Source of the DNA: Marsupella aquatica
Lineage: Eukaryota; Plantae; Marchantiophyta
Length of the DNA: 64,000 bases
Direction of reading: 5' to 3'
Assembly (NCBI GenBank): GCA_973895155.1
Contig: OZ316895.1
Coordinates: forward strand, 5,910,687 to 5,974,686
Part shown: positions 48,249-63,029 of the stretch, in pieces
Position numbering within the stretch: the stretch's first letter is position 1
How the letters are laid out: every line of letters starts with the position of its first letter
Program-made: the position numbers and the translations under genes
The notes under the pieces: model-generated
What the model was told of the DNA's origin: nothing
The model's input: the letters and a program-made list of their open reading frames with translations, nothing else
Databases searched by the model: none

Positions 48249-51200
48249 TTACCATGAATGTAAGCACTCTTTTGGCGCTTGCCAGAAGACTCTCTCTTCC
48301 TTCTTTTGTTGCGGTGACATGGCCTTGTACTGGGCCCAATCCGAAATGGTAAGTTTCAGATCAAATAGTTTCCTCTCGAGCCCTGTACAGCAATTGGCAT
48401 GCATGGTGCATACTTTTGAAAGATCCTGCGATACTTCACAAAATCCTCCAAAATAGATGGTCTCAAGAAACTCGATCTTCAGCTTAAACCTGGCAAACTC
48501 CCTAGTTTTCTTGATAAAGTTGAAGACATCCTGATCGTGTTGAGTAGGATGTTTTAGGCGTGATTCGTGCCAAAACTTGTAGAAGTCGACAGTCTGCTGA
48601 TTTGAGCGGACGAACACAAATCCTCCATTGGGAAGATTAGTAAGGTCAGTTGGATTGCCATTGAAGTGATCGCAGGCAATCTGGAAGTCCGCATCGGGTG
48701 AGAGATGTGGAAAAGGGTCCCGAAACCACATGATGTCTGCATCCTGCAAGCCAGTAGAACACAATTTCAGGTCAGTACACAGTTTTCTCAGTGGAAAGGC
48801 CGTTGTTTGCAGGAAATGCCTACTGCATCATAGGCACATGCATTAAGTTACTCCCATAGCACAGCTATTGCAGGTGGGCACACATTACAATCAATTAACA
48901 TTTGTCTAAAACTCTACTTCCCCAAGAAAACACGAAAGATTCCATATTGCAGATTTCTCCATGGTTATAACCAAGCACATCCTCGGCACAGTTGAAAAAC
49001 CAGGCGCCTACTAAATACCATTTACCAAAGGTATAAGATAACGCAAACCAATTAGACGAAATTCAGAGGACACGCCATCACTAAGCGATAACAGAGTAAA
49101 TCCGTCTCTCATCACATGTGAAGAAACACCAGTGGAAGTCTGATCTGCTGGACACGTCGAGACTCCCTTGATCATTTCTAAGTACGGCGACTTTCCAGAG
49201 AGTTACCCTCTATCACCGGGATGGAAAAGTGGTAAGACAACAAAAACGACAAATTTTGTCAAATCTGCACACCAGTCGTGACCGAAAGAAGTTAAAAGAC
49301 TTACTGAAAATAGCAGGTCGTAACCCAGTTCGAGCACGATTCTCAAGAATTCAACTCGCCGCCACATCATCTTCAAATAATCACCGCTCATAAAAAATTT
49401 CTCCGTAGCAAAGTCAACACCCTCTGTCTCTAATCTAAAGCAATGATGATGAATTTCCAGGCATCGATCGTACGATGTCTGATCCAGAGCTATGATCAGG
49501 AGGTGATTCAGATAGTGGGAGATCCCGTCGCCTGCATGAAAACTCCCCAAAAAGAGATCAATCATACTGTCCTCTGAAGCCCAAGCTGCATTCAATGCAG
49601 TCATTAAAAGAGTTCTATTCGGCAGTGCCGCCTTCTCGAGTATCTCAAAGAGCCCAGGGAATTCCTCTTCAATCTGAAAATACAACACATAGAGTCAGAA
49701 GTGTTCCTACGAATTTTCACTAGTACACTCTAAACGACGAAGACATTCAGCCCAAACATTTTATCCAAGTTCATTCAAAAATACGTCTCCAAATTTAATA
49801 CCGGAGCAAGAAGACCCATTCAACACCGACCGCCTTGTGCTGCAAGGAATTTGCCTTCCAATCCAGAAGAGGGAGTAGGATGGTCACAACAGGTGGACGG
49901 AAGGTTTTCTAACAAGTTAGAGAACAAGATCATGTTTGTAAATGTTTTACACAAGGCAGCCAGAATTAGAACTATTCACTCAACCAATTATTTGGAGAAA
50001 GGACTCGCACACCAAAATAGAGCAGACGTTTTGACATATTTAATTTTAAATTTAACGCACTCCTGGTCCTGGGCAATTGGCCAGAAGGAAAATTGCAGGG
50101 GAGAAAACTCGTGCGAATGGTGCCTAGGTTGTCCACTAACAAACACACTAGCACCTGCTCATATTGGAACACTGCAGAGAGTAAGAGACCCCAGAGGCGA
50201 CTATCCAAGGAAGAGCACGAGTTTCAGACTCATGCTCCGAGGCAAATTTACTTCAGTTTAAGGAATTCAATCCGCGGATGGACCCTAATTCTGCTGTGTA
50301 GAAATCCTCTCCTAGTTAGCATTCCTTAACAGATTTCCCTCGTATAAATTGGGCCAACTATGCGGAAATCTACACTCCTATTTGATTCGATCCCCAGGAA
50401 CCTGAATGCTGGAGTCTCTGTATCAGAAGTAGGAGAGGAGGCTTAACGAGGCATTCTGCACGGTCGCAGCCATCTGAAATGACCCAACGTGACTCCATGC
50501 GACGCACTCAGGAAGCGCACCGGCTTCTCGATTAAGCACAGCGATAGACCCCCCGGATGCTTCTTAACCAAGCCCAGTGCGAGGAGATTACATAATTCGG
50601 GAAGGGGTAAGGATCAGCCCTGTGGGAGAAAATTACCAGAATTCATTCTGTCCTAGAACAAGTATAACAATCCGGGGGACCCAACGTTAAATCCGGGCCA
50701 GGCGAGGAAAGTAAAATTGAATCGAAATAGCGCTCGTTCAAGAACTTGCCGAAACTCTTTGGAGGTGTCGTGAGTAGACATGAACGTGCCCACTCCAGTC
50801 CTAATGAACATGTTGACTGCTGACTACCGTGATGAGCCTGTAGAGTTTAGTCTACGAGCGTACCGCCTGCCAGATTCGCTCCATCTCCAACTGTGCAACT
50901 ATCTCCCTAGACAGATCGAGATCCAGATCCAGATCCAGACTCACACAACTCAATCGGGCCAATCGGAACCGCTGATTAGACCAGATCATCCGAAATGTAC
51001 CAAACTGGTATAGACCTTCTGCACGGCCACGACATTCAATGGTCTTTCCTTCGTGGCGATGGCATCGAAAGTTCACTGCAGAGACTACGGACCCCTAGAT
51101 GTGCATCATCACGATGTTCCAGAACATGGACATGCACATTATCACCCCACGACGACTGCACTGAAGCATCACTCTAGGAAATCTGCAGCGAGAGACAGGT

Positions 51201-51512
51201 CAATATAGATCGAGATGGATGGGGACAGATGGAACTTACAGCTGAAAAATTCACGCCGGTCAGTTTAGTTTGAAACACAGGTGGACTGAATTTTGCTGTC
51301 TGATTTGCAGAGGATCCTCCCTCGTCAGATAAAATCTCTCTTCCCTCTCCATCGGTGTTCGTCCCCAGGAAATAATTGAACCGATTAGCCAGTGCATTCT
51401 GGACGACCATCGCAGTGGGAGTATGCATTACGAGGAAGTAGGGGAGGATTATTAAAGGAGTCCATAGTCCAAGAACAATCAGATCCCTCAACCGGCACTT
51501 CAGCATCGCCAT
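48249..51512 (-). CDS. Nucleotide-diphospho-sugar transferase family (PF03407-type) glycosyltransferase, type II membrane protein, 3 exons (51512-51240, 49673-49305, 48743-48249), ~378 aa
   Basis: N-terminal TM segment LIVLGLWTPLIILPYFLV; TALNAAWA, IDLFLGSF, DYLKMMWRRVEFLRIVLELGY; DxD motif FS|DADIMWFRDPF; NGGFVFVRSN, HDQDVFN, FGGFCE, MHANCC. All junctions are GT-AG in phase 0 and preserve the frame. Confidence 0.92.
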
Positions 51513-52589
51513 TTCTCGTCCTTCCTTTCCCTCCTCCTCTGAGCTACTGTATCTCAAGTGTTCGCTCCTCCTTTCTCCTCGTACTCCTAGAGTAAGTATC
51601 TACGACCTGTTCCTGCACTTAACCATACTCTTCACACATAATATTGTCCGATCATGGCCTCCGTCAGTCCCTAAGCGTCATCCCTCGCCAGTTAGCTTCT
51701 CTCCTTTGAATCCGCACCACGGAGCCTCAACGAGGAAGCACCCCGCTGAAAACATCCATTAGGTCAACATTGCGTCGACAGAAAATCGAAGGAATGCACA
51801 GGGCAGACCCACGCTCCGTGACTCTTTTCAGCCCGATTGAGATAGAAGAGTGTGCACAGATGCCGTCCCGCTCGAAAATGAACCCTGTCTGACCATACCC
51901 GCGCACATTACTCGATGTCCCTTCCCCGATTTCCCCTTTCGCACGAACCCTCCTGCCGGCGAATCCGCACGCCACGCCACGCCACAGTACTGTAAGAATC
52001 GAAGAGTGGAATACTCAAAAAGGGCGTATCGACTATCAACAAAGTCTGCCTCGTGCGATGCGAAGTCCTCGATCCGAGTCAAACGCGTGATCCAGCCATG
52101 TCACCCTCTGTTTCTCGCATTCACAGAGTAAACAATCAATCTTCCTCAGAGCTCAGTCCTCACTACTCAGTCCTCCGCTCCTCGCCCTCGTTCTCGGTCA
52201 CTCCGTCGTCTCCTGATGCCCTGCCGCCGTGGTGCTGTGATGCCATTGCGCAGGAGCGCGATCTGGAAGCTGGAGGACTGCTGCAGCTGCTGCTGACGAG
52301 CATCATCATCATCGTGCAGCAATCGGAGCACAAGAAAGCACTCTTCGTCTCTTCTCGACTGGAACTCTGGAAGGGCCGCTTTTTGGCCCGAGAATTTCGG
52401 GTCTCGAGCGGCATGATTGAAATTTTCGCATAATCGTTAAAATCGTCAGTAGCGCGGCTCAGAATTCCCCAATTAATGCATTCATTCTCGTTTTACTATA
52501 CTAAATTACTTTATTCGAGCATTGACAAGTGTTTGCAATAATTATGGCAACTGCCATGTTGTCATATATACTGTATGTATGAGTGTATG

Positions 52590-53410
52590 TACAGCAAACG
52601 CTCGCTATTCATCAAAGGCCAAAAAAAAATTCAAACGCTCGCTATCGTATACCAAACTGCCAAAGAACAAAAAGTGGAACACAAGAAATCAAAGGCTCGC
52701 TATTGTACACCAAATTGCCAAAGAATAAAAAGTGGAACACAACATATCACACGCTTGGTAGTGTACAATGTACTCAATCTATATGTTTTAGTTTAGTTTG
52801 GCACTCTTCTTTTGAGTTTGGTTTTTGTCAGCTTTGGACCTCTTATGTTTGTTCTTTTGTACTCATCTGTTTGGCCCTTTCAATAAAAAGTTTGTATTCC
52901 TTCAGAAAAAAAATCAAACTGCAACAGAACAGAACTGGAAGACATGAGACAAGATCCGTACATAAGGAACTATACTCAATAAAAGGGAGAAAACAAGGGA
53001 CAACGAGTCTTGTCTAACCATTTGAGTATCCCCAAGTGTTTGCAATAATCATATCAATCAGATTCTTGCTATTGTAAATCAACTACCAAATAATCAAAAG
53101 ATCATATTCTCACTATTATATGTCAAACTGCCAAGAACAGAACTGCAAAACCAGAGTCAAGATGCTTAGACTCGGTGAAAGGGAGAAAACAACTGATGGA
53201 AAAATCCCATACAGGTCAAACTTTCCCTTTCATACATGAAACTGCCAAAGAACTAAGAGCATCTAACTAGAGACAAAATGCTTAAGGAATTATACTCGAT
53301 CAAAGGGAGAAAACAAGGGGGAAATCCCATACTGATTAAACTCACTATTATATAAAACTGCCAAAGAACAAAAGGAGTCAAACTAGGCACAAGATCCCAA
53401 AGGAATGAGA
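52590..53410. repeat. Degenerate A-rich repeats (caaactgccaaagaac..., aaagggagaaaacaa)
   Basis: Motif recurs at ~52652, 52710, 53124, 53238 and 53354. Confidence 0.55.
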
Positions 53411-54220
53411 TCCAATTAAGGGCAAACAAACGGGAGAAGCCAAAACTACTATGTCCACAAGCATTTTGGGGGACCCACTACTGTCCAAAAAGAATTGGGA
53501 GAAGTCTAGTACAAGGGACTTGTCAATTTTGTGTAAAGCCCAAGTGGACAGATCACAGTTTTGATGAAATCTAAAAACAAAATTGTGGCAGTGATCTATC
53601 AGTTTTTGTACTCTCGTTTATGTAAGGCCTCCCTTAAAGTTCTAGTAAAGCTTAAGAGTGAACCTTTTATGAGGGTCACTAAGTGGAAATGTCTAAAGGC
53701 CTAAAACCAACAGCTCTCTCCACAGAATAGTGAATACCTAAGCCCTTTGTAGTGCAACAAACACTCACTCACTGTTGAAAGATGGCACGGAGGACAAATA
53801 TTGGAGAAACAATTACTCTTGTTTGAGCCCTTGTTCAAATTTGCAAGTTTACGTGAAAGCCATATCAGAGCTAATGTGGTTTTTGAAACATAAAATACTG
53901 AGATTTATTAGGTTGCCATTGTTGTTTTCAAATACTCATTGAAGTTTTCTGTAATGTGCCAAAAGGCGGATGAGTCGTCTGTCACTTTACTCGGGTTCGG
54001 GGTGAGTTAAGGTTCCAACCCTACATGAACTGTTGCGTGTTTGATTAGTGCTTCTGAAAGTGACTCTACCCTAAGTCACCCAAAGTTCTTGTGTTCTACT
54101 TGGTGAGCTATGATACTCTTCAATTGTGTGCACCTTTGTGTTCAATGTCTGTCTATGCTGATCCTCTACATTTGCGGTTTGAGATTCTTGCTTTGTTTTC
54201 CATAAATACCATTGTAAATG

Positions 54221-57200
54221 TGTCACACCATTCTAGGCAGTGTTAGAGTGTATCATACTATCTAGATCTGTATGTTTAGTATTGTGCTATATGAGCCGAT
54301 AAGGTTCTGTTAGGTTTGTGTGAGAAGGTAGTTCTCTCTTGTGAGACATCAAAAGGTTATCTTTCGATGTTGAGCCTTGGAGAGAAGAGCTCGTGTTGTG
54401 GCTATGGTGGTCAGAGCTCCTTCTATGTAGCATGGATTCCTTGAGTGCAAGGTGCGTTGGCTTGACATATGTGCGTGATCGGAATGGACGGGATCGAGTA
54501 CGTATTGTTGGCGTTGATCGTGGTTTGATTCTATTGAGATTACATCAAAAGATCGTTCAAACTCTGCTACCGTACGGACTGTGCGGACAAAGCTTCGGTT
54601 TCATTTGATCATGTCGTTGATGGTTCACGGTAGATCAAATTGATTGGAGCTATTGCTGTTGTTTGGATCCGTGGTAGCTCGGATCATGGAGTGGATTGTC
54701 GCTGGTATTTCAATTTGCTATAGTTGGTGTTGTCCGATCTGAGTTGTTGTCCAATCGAAGCATCATTGGACAGATCAAAGCATCATCAGACAAATTGGGA
54801 GTTCTGTGAGCACTTGTTTGGTGACTATGAGTTGTAGATTGCTCTCATCGTGTGCTCCGCTATGTGCGATGTGTTGCTGACTGTTTTGTGAAGGAATCGG
54901 GGCTGTTTGCTGCAAGTTGATGCTCTGTTTTGTGAATGAAAGAGGCCCCAAACGTTGCATTTTTTACATCCAATGGCTGCTGTGCGGAAATGACTGAACC
55001 TCGTATTTTTGCAAAGGAAGTAGCATCGGAAGTTGCTACTTTTTCACTCGATGACTGAATTTTTGCGTAGCCGTTGTGTGCAGATCCGAATGACCTTTAT
55101 GTGAGGGAAACGATGGTTGTTTAGCCGAATGTTGTTGATCCGAGTCATCTATCCGGCGTAGCAAAGCGTTGCAGGCTTGGCGTTTAGAGGCTTCGAGGCA
55201 ACTTGCGGTAACTTGGGACTAGGGGCGTGAGGGCGGAGCAGGAGCGGGCGGGCCAGCAAGCTTGCTAGTACATGAGGAGAATTACAAGTGTTGTCATTTT
55301 GGAGTGGCAGATTTGGGTGCAAAATGACAAGTGAGAGGTCACCCATCCCAAAGTTATTCCTCATCTCATGAGCTTAACTAGCTAGTTCTTATGTGGTGCA
55401 TTGTACATGCTTCCTTTCATACTTGATGTCCAAGGAATGAGGCCCTTAGTAAGGGTTTTATGCACTTTTGAATTCATCTAGCTACTCTGTTTGAACTCAT
55501 TTGTAATGGATTCTTAAATATTTGACTCAGGATTCTTGAGGCCTATTATGAAGGTCTTACATTGAACTATATGAACATTATTTTCAGGTATTTTTTATTG
55601 ATGGGTGTGGAGAGTTGTGGTAAATCCGCTTCTTGTTGTTGGATCCTCTACACACATGCTTCTTGCCCATGTGCCATGTTAGTGTTGTGTGGGCGTTTGA
55701 TTTCATAGGAGTGATTTGGGTTTGCAACCGAACACTCTAGCTGTGTTGTGTTTTTTTCTCATGGTGATGTTGGAGTGATGCCTAACACACCATGGTGAGT
55801 GCTTTTGGTACTGGCAAGGATAGATTGCCCAATTAGGGTTAGCACATAGATTAGATTGATGACTATAATTTTGTGATTGGTCATCACTGATTCTTCTGGT
55901 GCTTCGAGGCTACCCGATGGACGGTGAACGGGTTTCACTCGGAGTGGGGTGCAATTTTGGCTAGCGACATTGGTAGCAATTGGCAATGCAGCTTCAGACA
56001 ATGATTATGATGAGGACTCAGTGACCAATTCTCCTTGTCATCAGGTGGTTGCACCTTTGTTGTGGGATATGAAAAAGATGTATGGAGCTACAAAGGGCCC
56101 ACGACAATATTCTGGTGCAATTGGCATGATTGATCTAGATGACTTCATCCAAGAGTTTGATACATGGTGCGATATGCAGACATTGCGTATTTCAACAATT
56201 GGAGGGGCCATCCATGGATGACTACCATGAGTTTTGGAAGACTCATTTGGTTGAGATTGAGGCATGGACGCAGCATTGGTCACCTAATTTTGTGTCCATC
56301 ACCTATGGCACTAGTGCGGCTGCCCAACCCATTGCCACAACTGCTTCTTCTTCTAGGAGCACTAGCTAGAGTGGCACACCATCACTAGTACCACTCCAGT
56401 AGCATCCACCGCTACTCCTACCGGTGTGATTGTGGCAGGGATTGGAGCTGCGCCAACATTTAACCCGGTGGTGGAGTTCTTTGAGGTACTAAAACAAAAC
56501 TATCAGGGTATGAGGACTGATAAGTTGAAGGGCCTCTAGGAGTTTTAGCGCAAGACTGGAGAGAGTCTACGTGAGGCATACAAGCGTATGCAAAGATTGA
56601 TCACTATCACCAAGGGAGTGACATAGACCAAGATAGTCCAATTTTGATATGCAATTTTGGATAGAGAATTGCGACGCATAGTGAGAGATCTCACTCTAGC
56701 TACTTAGGGATGCAAATCTTACATTGACAATTGTTTTTGCACTTTCTGAGTGCATTGAGCTCAATATGGTGAAGGAGGAAGTGATGACTTCTGAATTTTC
56801 CAAGGAAGCACCAAATGCTGCATCTACACCCACATCACAGCCTACTGCACGTAAGAGCCAGAGGAAGAAGCCCACTACATGGGAATCTACCAGTCAAAGA
56901 TCTGTGTCATCCTATGTTGGATAGCAGTCAGGATGTTGGACCTGTGATGAGGATCATGCATAGTGATATTGCCCTGATCATAGAGGGCCAAGAGGGGCCT
57001 CAACACCTGATTAGCGGCAGTGTGATCATTGTGAAACTTCTAGACACACCAAGGATAGGTATTTTTCACTCCATCCTGGGTTACGGAGAGGAGGATAGCG
57101 CACACATAATCAAGGAAGAGGAGGCAGAGGTGGTGGTCGTGGCTGAGGTATGCCACATGCACGGAAATAGGGAGGTGACATTGCTCCTACTATGACCACA

Positions 57201-59023
57201 GATCCTAAGGACGCTTTGATTAAGAAATTAGACTGTATGAAGAATAACTTGGTTTTGTGTGAAAATATGAAAATAAAGATTTGTGGTAACAAGTAGATTT
57301 TGATTTCTACCAAAATAAAATTGTAAGTATTGATAATTTTCAAGAATTATCATAGTGAATCTAGAATTTATCATAGTAAAAAAGTAAATTTTGATAACTT
57401 CTAAAATCTATCATAGTAAATAGTAATTTCTTAAATTTACCATAGTAAAAGGTAAATTGTGGTAATTTCTAGAATTTACCATGGTAAAAAATTAAGTTCT
57501 AAAATCTGCCATGGTAAAAAAATAAAATCTAATAAGTTCTAGTAATTTCTAGTATCTTCTAGGATACTCTTGTAAAGGGACCAGCATGGTCTGGCTCCAA
57601 CTATAAATAAGAGGAAGATTGACTCATCCAGGAGAGTTCATTTTTCTAGCATTTTAAGCGCATGAGTGCAAAGATAGATAGTGCATAGAGTGCATATTGT
57701 GTACATTAGATTTGCATTGAAGTAATGCTTGAACATTGGTTCTATGACTAAACAGAATGGCTATGTCATCGGTTTCTATGGTTGAAGGGTTCTAAGTTTC
57801 TTAATTCTTGGTCATGTAAGGCCTTGTTATCACTCGAGTATCTTAAAGATGGAGTTTTGAATCTGGCAAGATCGGCTATGCCGCCAATACCATAGATATA
57901 ATGTCTACAAATCTATGATCAAGTAGGGACGGCTCTGTCACTGAACCTCTCTTGGATAGAAAGCATATAGAAAGTATGAATATCAATATTGATTTGGATG
58001 AAAGTCCGTCATTCTAAGGATTTGAATTTGTATTCTACGGTGAGCATTAAGTTGATAGTAAAGAGGAAGGTAGGTATTAGGCAGGTTTTTACATAGAAGT
58101 TTGAGAAAGAAGAATACACTGCAATTATCACATCGTCAGATCCATTAATACTCTATAGATGCACAAATGAAGATGTTGGTGTTTTCATAATAGTGTAATA
58201 GATAAAAGATCATAGCCAAAAGTTGAAAGAAGTACGTAAAAAAGATTATCACTTGGAGAAAATATTTGTGGAGTGTGAATCTGGCCCAGACTACTATGGT
58301 GTTACTATCAATAACTGGAATAAATCACACATATCTCTTGGTACCAAAAGTGCTTAGGGATCCTTGCAAAAAAGGGTACGCCCTTTCCAGCCAGTTTATT
58401 TGAGGAAAATTGCAAGAAGCACACGGAAACCCAATGAACTTGAGAAATAGTCGGGAGGGGACAAGGCTCTCAAGGAAATTGGTTCTAAGCATGAGATCTC
58501 TTATAAGTGGTGAATAGCATAATTAGCACATGCAACCAGATACCCAAAGTGTTCTTGAGAGCTTACTATTCCCATGACAACCCTAAGTTGCTCAATTGGA
58601 GCAACAACTAGCTGCTATGGCTAATTCTCAGGTGAGACCTACTTTTGGGGATGGGGCGTCTACATCATATGGAGCTTCCACATCTTATGGGGCTAATGGA
58701 GATCTTGCCACCATGGTATTCATGTGTGGCACTACACACATTGATGCATCAGCAGCTTTGACGCGTGGGGCATCAAAAGCCCTTGAACCCCAAGTAGCAG
58801 TTGTTGAGTTGGATCCTTAGAGAGGGGATGCTCGGCGTCAGACAAAGCTTTCCTAGTCTTTTACATTGTCAAAGATAGTTCAAATTGTCTCTATGAACCC
58901 GATTAGGACAAACCCTAGTGTGGGTAAGTTGGCAAAATCACATGATGTTGTAGCAGGGATGATAGGTACCTTGTTGAGGACGGTGCACCCCATTATTTTC
59001 AGCGACAAATATGTTGACATTGG
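54221..59023 (+). mobile_element. Older, degenerate, 3'-truncated relative of the DNMT-carrying retrotransposon (A repeat + leader + gag)
   Basis: Starts tgtcacacca; A-like repeat ends gagatt|acatcaaaagat at ~54541. Gag homology (APLLWDM...GPRQYSGAIG.IDLDDFIQEFDTWCDMQT) runs from ~55900, resumes at 58585 and stops at ~59023, before the protease. Confidence 0.9.
57216..58579. mobile_element. ~1.36-kb insertion inside the degenerate gag, probable solo LTR
   Basis: Interrupts collinearity with copy 1 (DPKDA|K.AQLEQQ). Flanked by acgct/accct (5-bp TSD with 1 mismatch); ends TGACA; contains ctataaata and catagtaaa repeats. The left end lacks a canonical TG. Confidence 0.6.
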
Positions 59024-59800
59024 CTCGAACATTAGGGGTTGGTTCCCCTGGGCCCTCACTCTTTGTATATTATACAATCATACTTGTGAGCCTCCCCTAT
59101 AGAGGTACCCCTATTATTTCTCCTATAGAAATTATCCTTGTTTTTTATAAAAACCAAAAATTTCCTCTTATTAAAGTATCTTCAGTGTATTACAAAAGGG
59201 AGTTTTGGGCAATAATAATTATCCTTCATATATTATAATTTCACTCCACACACCCGGTCCATCCCCCATCGCCCCCGGGATCGCCCCCAATCCTCCCTTC
59301 AAAAGTTTTTTGGCTTAGCATAGCTGCCAGTATTAACATTTTAATCTATGAAGGAGATATGGATATTGTAAGGATAATACACGTGTACCAATTATAATTT
59401 GACACGTGTACCAATAATATGATGCCGCGTGTTGCTACCTATTGATTTACCCTTACGCAAAAGTAAGAAGGATGTCATTTCAAGGGATCTTGCAAAATTA
59501 CAAAGTGGTTTTGATATATATGCGGAGGTTGCGGAATTGTAAGCAAAATATAAAAATTACCGCCGAAGGGATAAAAATGACCCTTGAACGGTTCCCACGT
59601 CCTCCCCATATTAGAAAGGAGTGGGGGCCCAGGGCCCCAAAGTGTATTCTTTGAATGATTGATTGAGTTCACCGATCATTGGGTATCACAATCAACCATC
59701 CATTGCCCAAGATCATAGATGCTTCTTGACATTAGATTTACCTCTGATCCAGTATCAATCAATGCTCAGGCTTTGCCTTCCATCCCCACAAACTCCACTT

Positions 59801-62043
59801 TCACCACTGAGCAAGTCTTGCCCAAAATGGTTCCAAGATGGACTCCTTGCCATCTCCCAATTCAAGATTCTTCATGGCAAAGGCACACATGACCCACACA
59901 CTTTGTGAAGCCTTGAGTACCTCCTCTTGACTGATTTTTGTCACTTCTTGTGACTTGTCAAACTTTTCTTCCATCAATGGTTCCCATCTTCCCAAGTCCA
60001 ATAGCTTAGCTTCTGACACCTTTGGTTCAGAAACTACCTCCTTCAAAGATTCTGGCATCTGTGGTCCAAAAACTTCATCATTTGAAAACCCTAGCATATG
60101 TGGTCTAGGGATCTTCTCCTTTGAAGACCTTGGCATCTGTGGTCCAGGGATCTCCTCCTTTGAAGACCCTAGCATCTGTGGTCCAGGGATCTTCTCAACA
60201 TTCACTTGATACACTTGACACTCTGTATTAGCTCTTGAAAATGAACCTTCTCCATCCTCTCCAACTTTAGAATAAAACTCTGCTCCCAATGCATGAGGTC
60301 CTTCTTTATAAAATCTTTTTTGCTTCACCTTTGCAAGTAAAGCATCTTGAGCTTTGGAGTTCATGCAAGCAAAAAACTCCTCATTGGTGACTCCACTCAC
60401 TGTGGTTTTCCAAAACTTGTCAGCAACCTGGTCATACTCTATGTGTTGCTCGACATCCCTTCCAAGTATCCAACCAGGTCCTTTCTTTTCTGCTTTCTCC
60501 TTTTTTACTACTTCCAACTCCTTTGAAGGGGTTGAAGTAGACTCTTTTGGTGTGCTTACTCTGTCCTCAAACCGAACACTCCTTCTCATTGGCACATCAA
60601 ATGATGGCCTAGGAGTAGAAGGTCCAGAATCCACTTTCTGTTTTCCTTTAGCACATTCTTCCAAAGGCTCCACAGACTTTCTTTTCTCCTCCACCATAGA
60701 ATCCCATAGAGACCCTACTTCTGTAGTAAAAGCAGAGATCAAAATAGGATCATTCCAACCTGATTTCCTTCTTACAAACTCTGCTAGCCTTTTCTTCTTT
60801 GTCTCTGAGGATCCTACTGACGAAGGATCCCCAAACACAGTGTAGACATCTCCTTCATGCTCACCCTTGTCCCCATAAGCTATAGCAATGGCTGAGTTAT
60901 GATGTTCAACCATTCTCTTCTCCACTAGTACCTTCATGCCACCTTTATTGGCATTGACTCGACTAAGTTCATCTGAATCATGGTAGGCAAGCTTTCTTAT
61001 GCCATCGTGCTCATTAAACTTAACCATTCTCTCCTTGGAGCAGTAGACAGCTCAACACACTCTCTTCTAGAGTGTTCTTTGCTATCACACCAGATGCAAT
61101 TCCAGCTTCTTGGTCCTCCGATAGAACTTCCTGCTCCTCCACTACCTCTTGATGGTGGTCTCGATGTATTGCCTCCAATTTGTCCCAAAGCTTGGGTGGC
61201 AAGAATGGTAAGATTCTTCATGAGTTCAGACAACTCATCCATCTTGTCCACACTCTTCTCACCCCTACCGGTTGTTGATTCCATCTTCTCCACTCTCCTC
61301 ATAGAAGTCACAGGTGCTACTGTGTCCAGAACACCTTCATGACTGAGCTTCTTCCTTCTGTGCTTTTGACTAACTTTTAGCACAACAGTCTCAACCTCCT
61401 CCCAAGTTGGCTAATTAACCCCACGACTCGGGTTCATTAGTTCAAGAGCAAGCTCTAACTCATCTTGAAGCTTCTCATCAGCAGCCCGGATGAGCAAAGT
61501 AGCCTTTTGGACCTTGATAACTTTAGATCCTATCTCCGGAAGTTGATTGAACTTCTTGACAAACTCCCTCATCAATTCTTGAGGTCCCAACTTCTTACTT
61601 CTATCAATCACCCAATCAAGGAAAGATGTCTGGGTGACCCTATCTGGATCTGCTAGCTAAAATTCTTCTTTCATTCTCAGCTCAAAAATATTCTATGTTT
61701 TTTCTCCATTAGCTCCTTCTGTCAAGGAAACAACAATTTCCTTGAGTTCAGGTTCCGTCAAAGACACAAACTCCTTGACTGCTACCTCAGCATCAATCTT
61801 GTGAATTGTAGTCTCTGTCTAGTATCCCTTGAGATACCTTGTCACATTCCGCCCATCAAATTCTCCTTCCTTAGTAAGAACCGAGTGCAAGTACTTTGTG
61901 GTCCTTCCAAGCAACTCCTTCTTCTTGTTCTTCTCCATCTCCTTTTTCTTCATTCCATGTAAGTATGCAGCAAGCAAAGATGAAAACCTCTCCATGTCAG
62001 TTGGATTAATCTCAGTTCCCATGATTGCAAAAATTCCCTCTTG
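59801..62043 (-). pseudogene. Gag-like region of a different LTR retrotransposon, with stops and frameshifts; no pol seen
   Basis: KEGEFDGRNVTRYLK, REFVKKFNQL, zinc knuckle CIWCDSKEHSRREC, charged low-complexity tail with 13-aa repeats (EKIPGPQMLGSSK). Confidence 0.7.
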
Positions 62044-63029
62044 ACTAATGATATACTCACAATTTAAGGACTTATAGTTCCAAAATTATATCTCTCTCCA
62101 TCAACCAAAACTTAGACATGCACAAGTTAACTCCAAAATCCAGCGGTTCCCCAATATGGTCGCCACTTATGTCCGGATGACCGTGTTTTCTGGTAAGAGC
62201 ATGTTGGCTCTTATAAAGTTCATCTTGCATGCCCATAAGTTCTACACTAAAACCAAAATGATAACTTTTGTAAGAAGGGTGATGGGTATTAAAGAAAGGT
62301 TCAGGTAAAACTAATATACTATTAAATTCTACTTCATCATACTTGCGGATCAACACATCTTAGAAACTAATTTTTCTACGACATACAATCCTAATATCTC
62401 CAAGAGAAAATGAAATAAAAATGTCATCTGGACTCTTATTTAGATCCATGACTTCAATAAAGGACAAAGATAATGCACTCTCACTCTTCTCGGTAAGACA
62501 CTACTGGGTATACTATTGGCTCATTAGAACTCATAATAGCAGCTACAAATTGAGCTCCAAAGTGATAAGTTAAATGTTACCTCATGGATGACTTATCTAA
62601 AAGATGGATTCTCACCAAAAATGGGATATGAAGGGGAAGATTAGGGATATCTCTTCCTCTTGGATTCATAATGATTCTCTTATTCTTTTGCTATCCGGGC
62701 CAAAAGATGCCCCACCCCTAAGTTCCCAAAAAGACCTTGTTCTCTAAGGTCCCATCTATAAGTCTACCACTCATTCATTTGCTATCCGGGCCAAAAGATG
62801 CCCCACTACTATGTACATAAGGCAAAGAATAGAAGAGAAAGATGAGAGAAGAAAAAAAGATCGCTTTGACGCGAAAATTATCAAAATGTAAGAATGAGGA
62901 GAGAGTGCCCCTCGCCACTTTATTTATATTGAATCCAAGAGGGCATGGATTACGCCCAAACGCTTGGATGAAAGCCAAGTGGCACACATCCAACGTAGGA
63001 ATATGTGCTAATACTATTGCAATCAAAAT

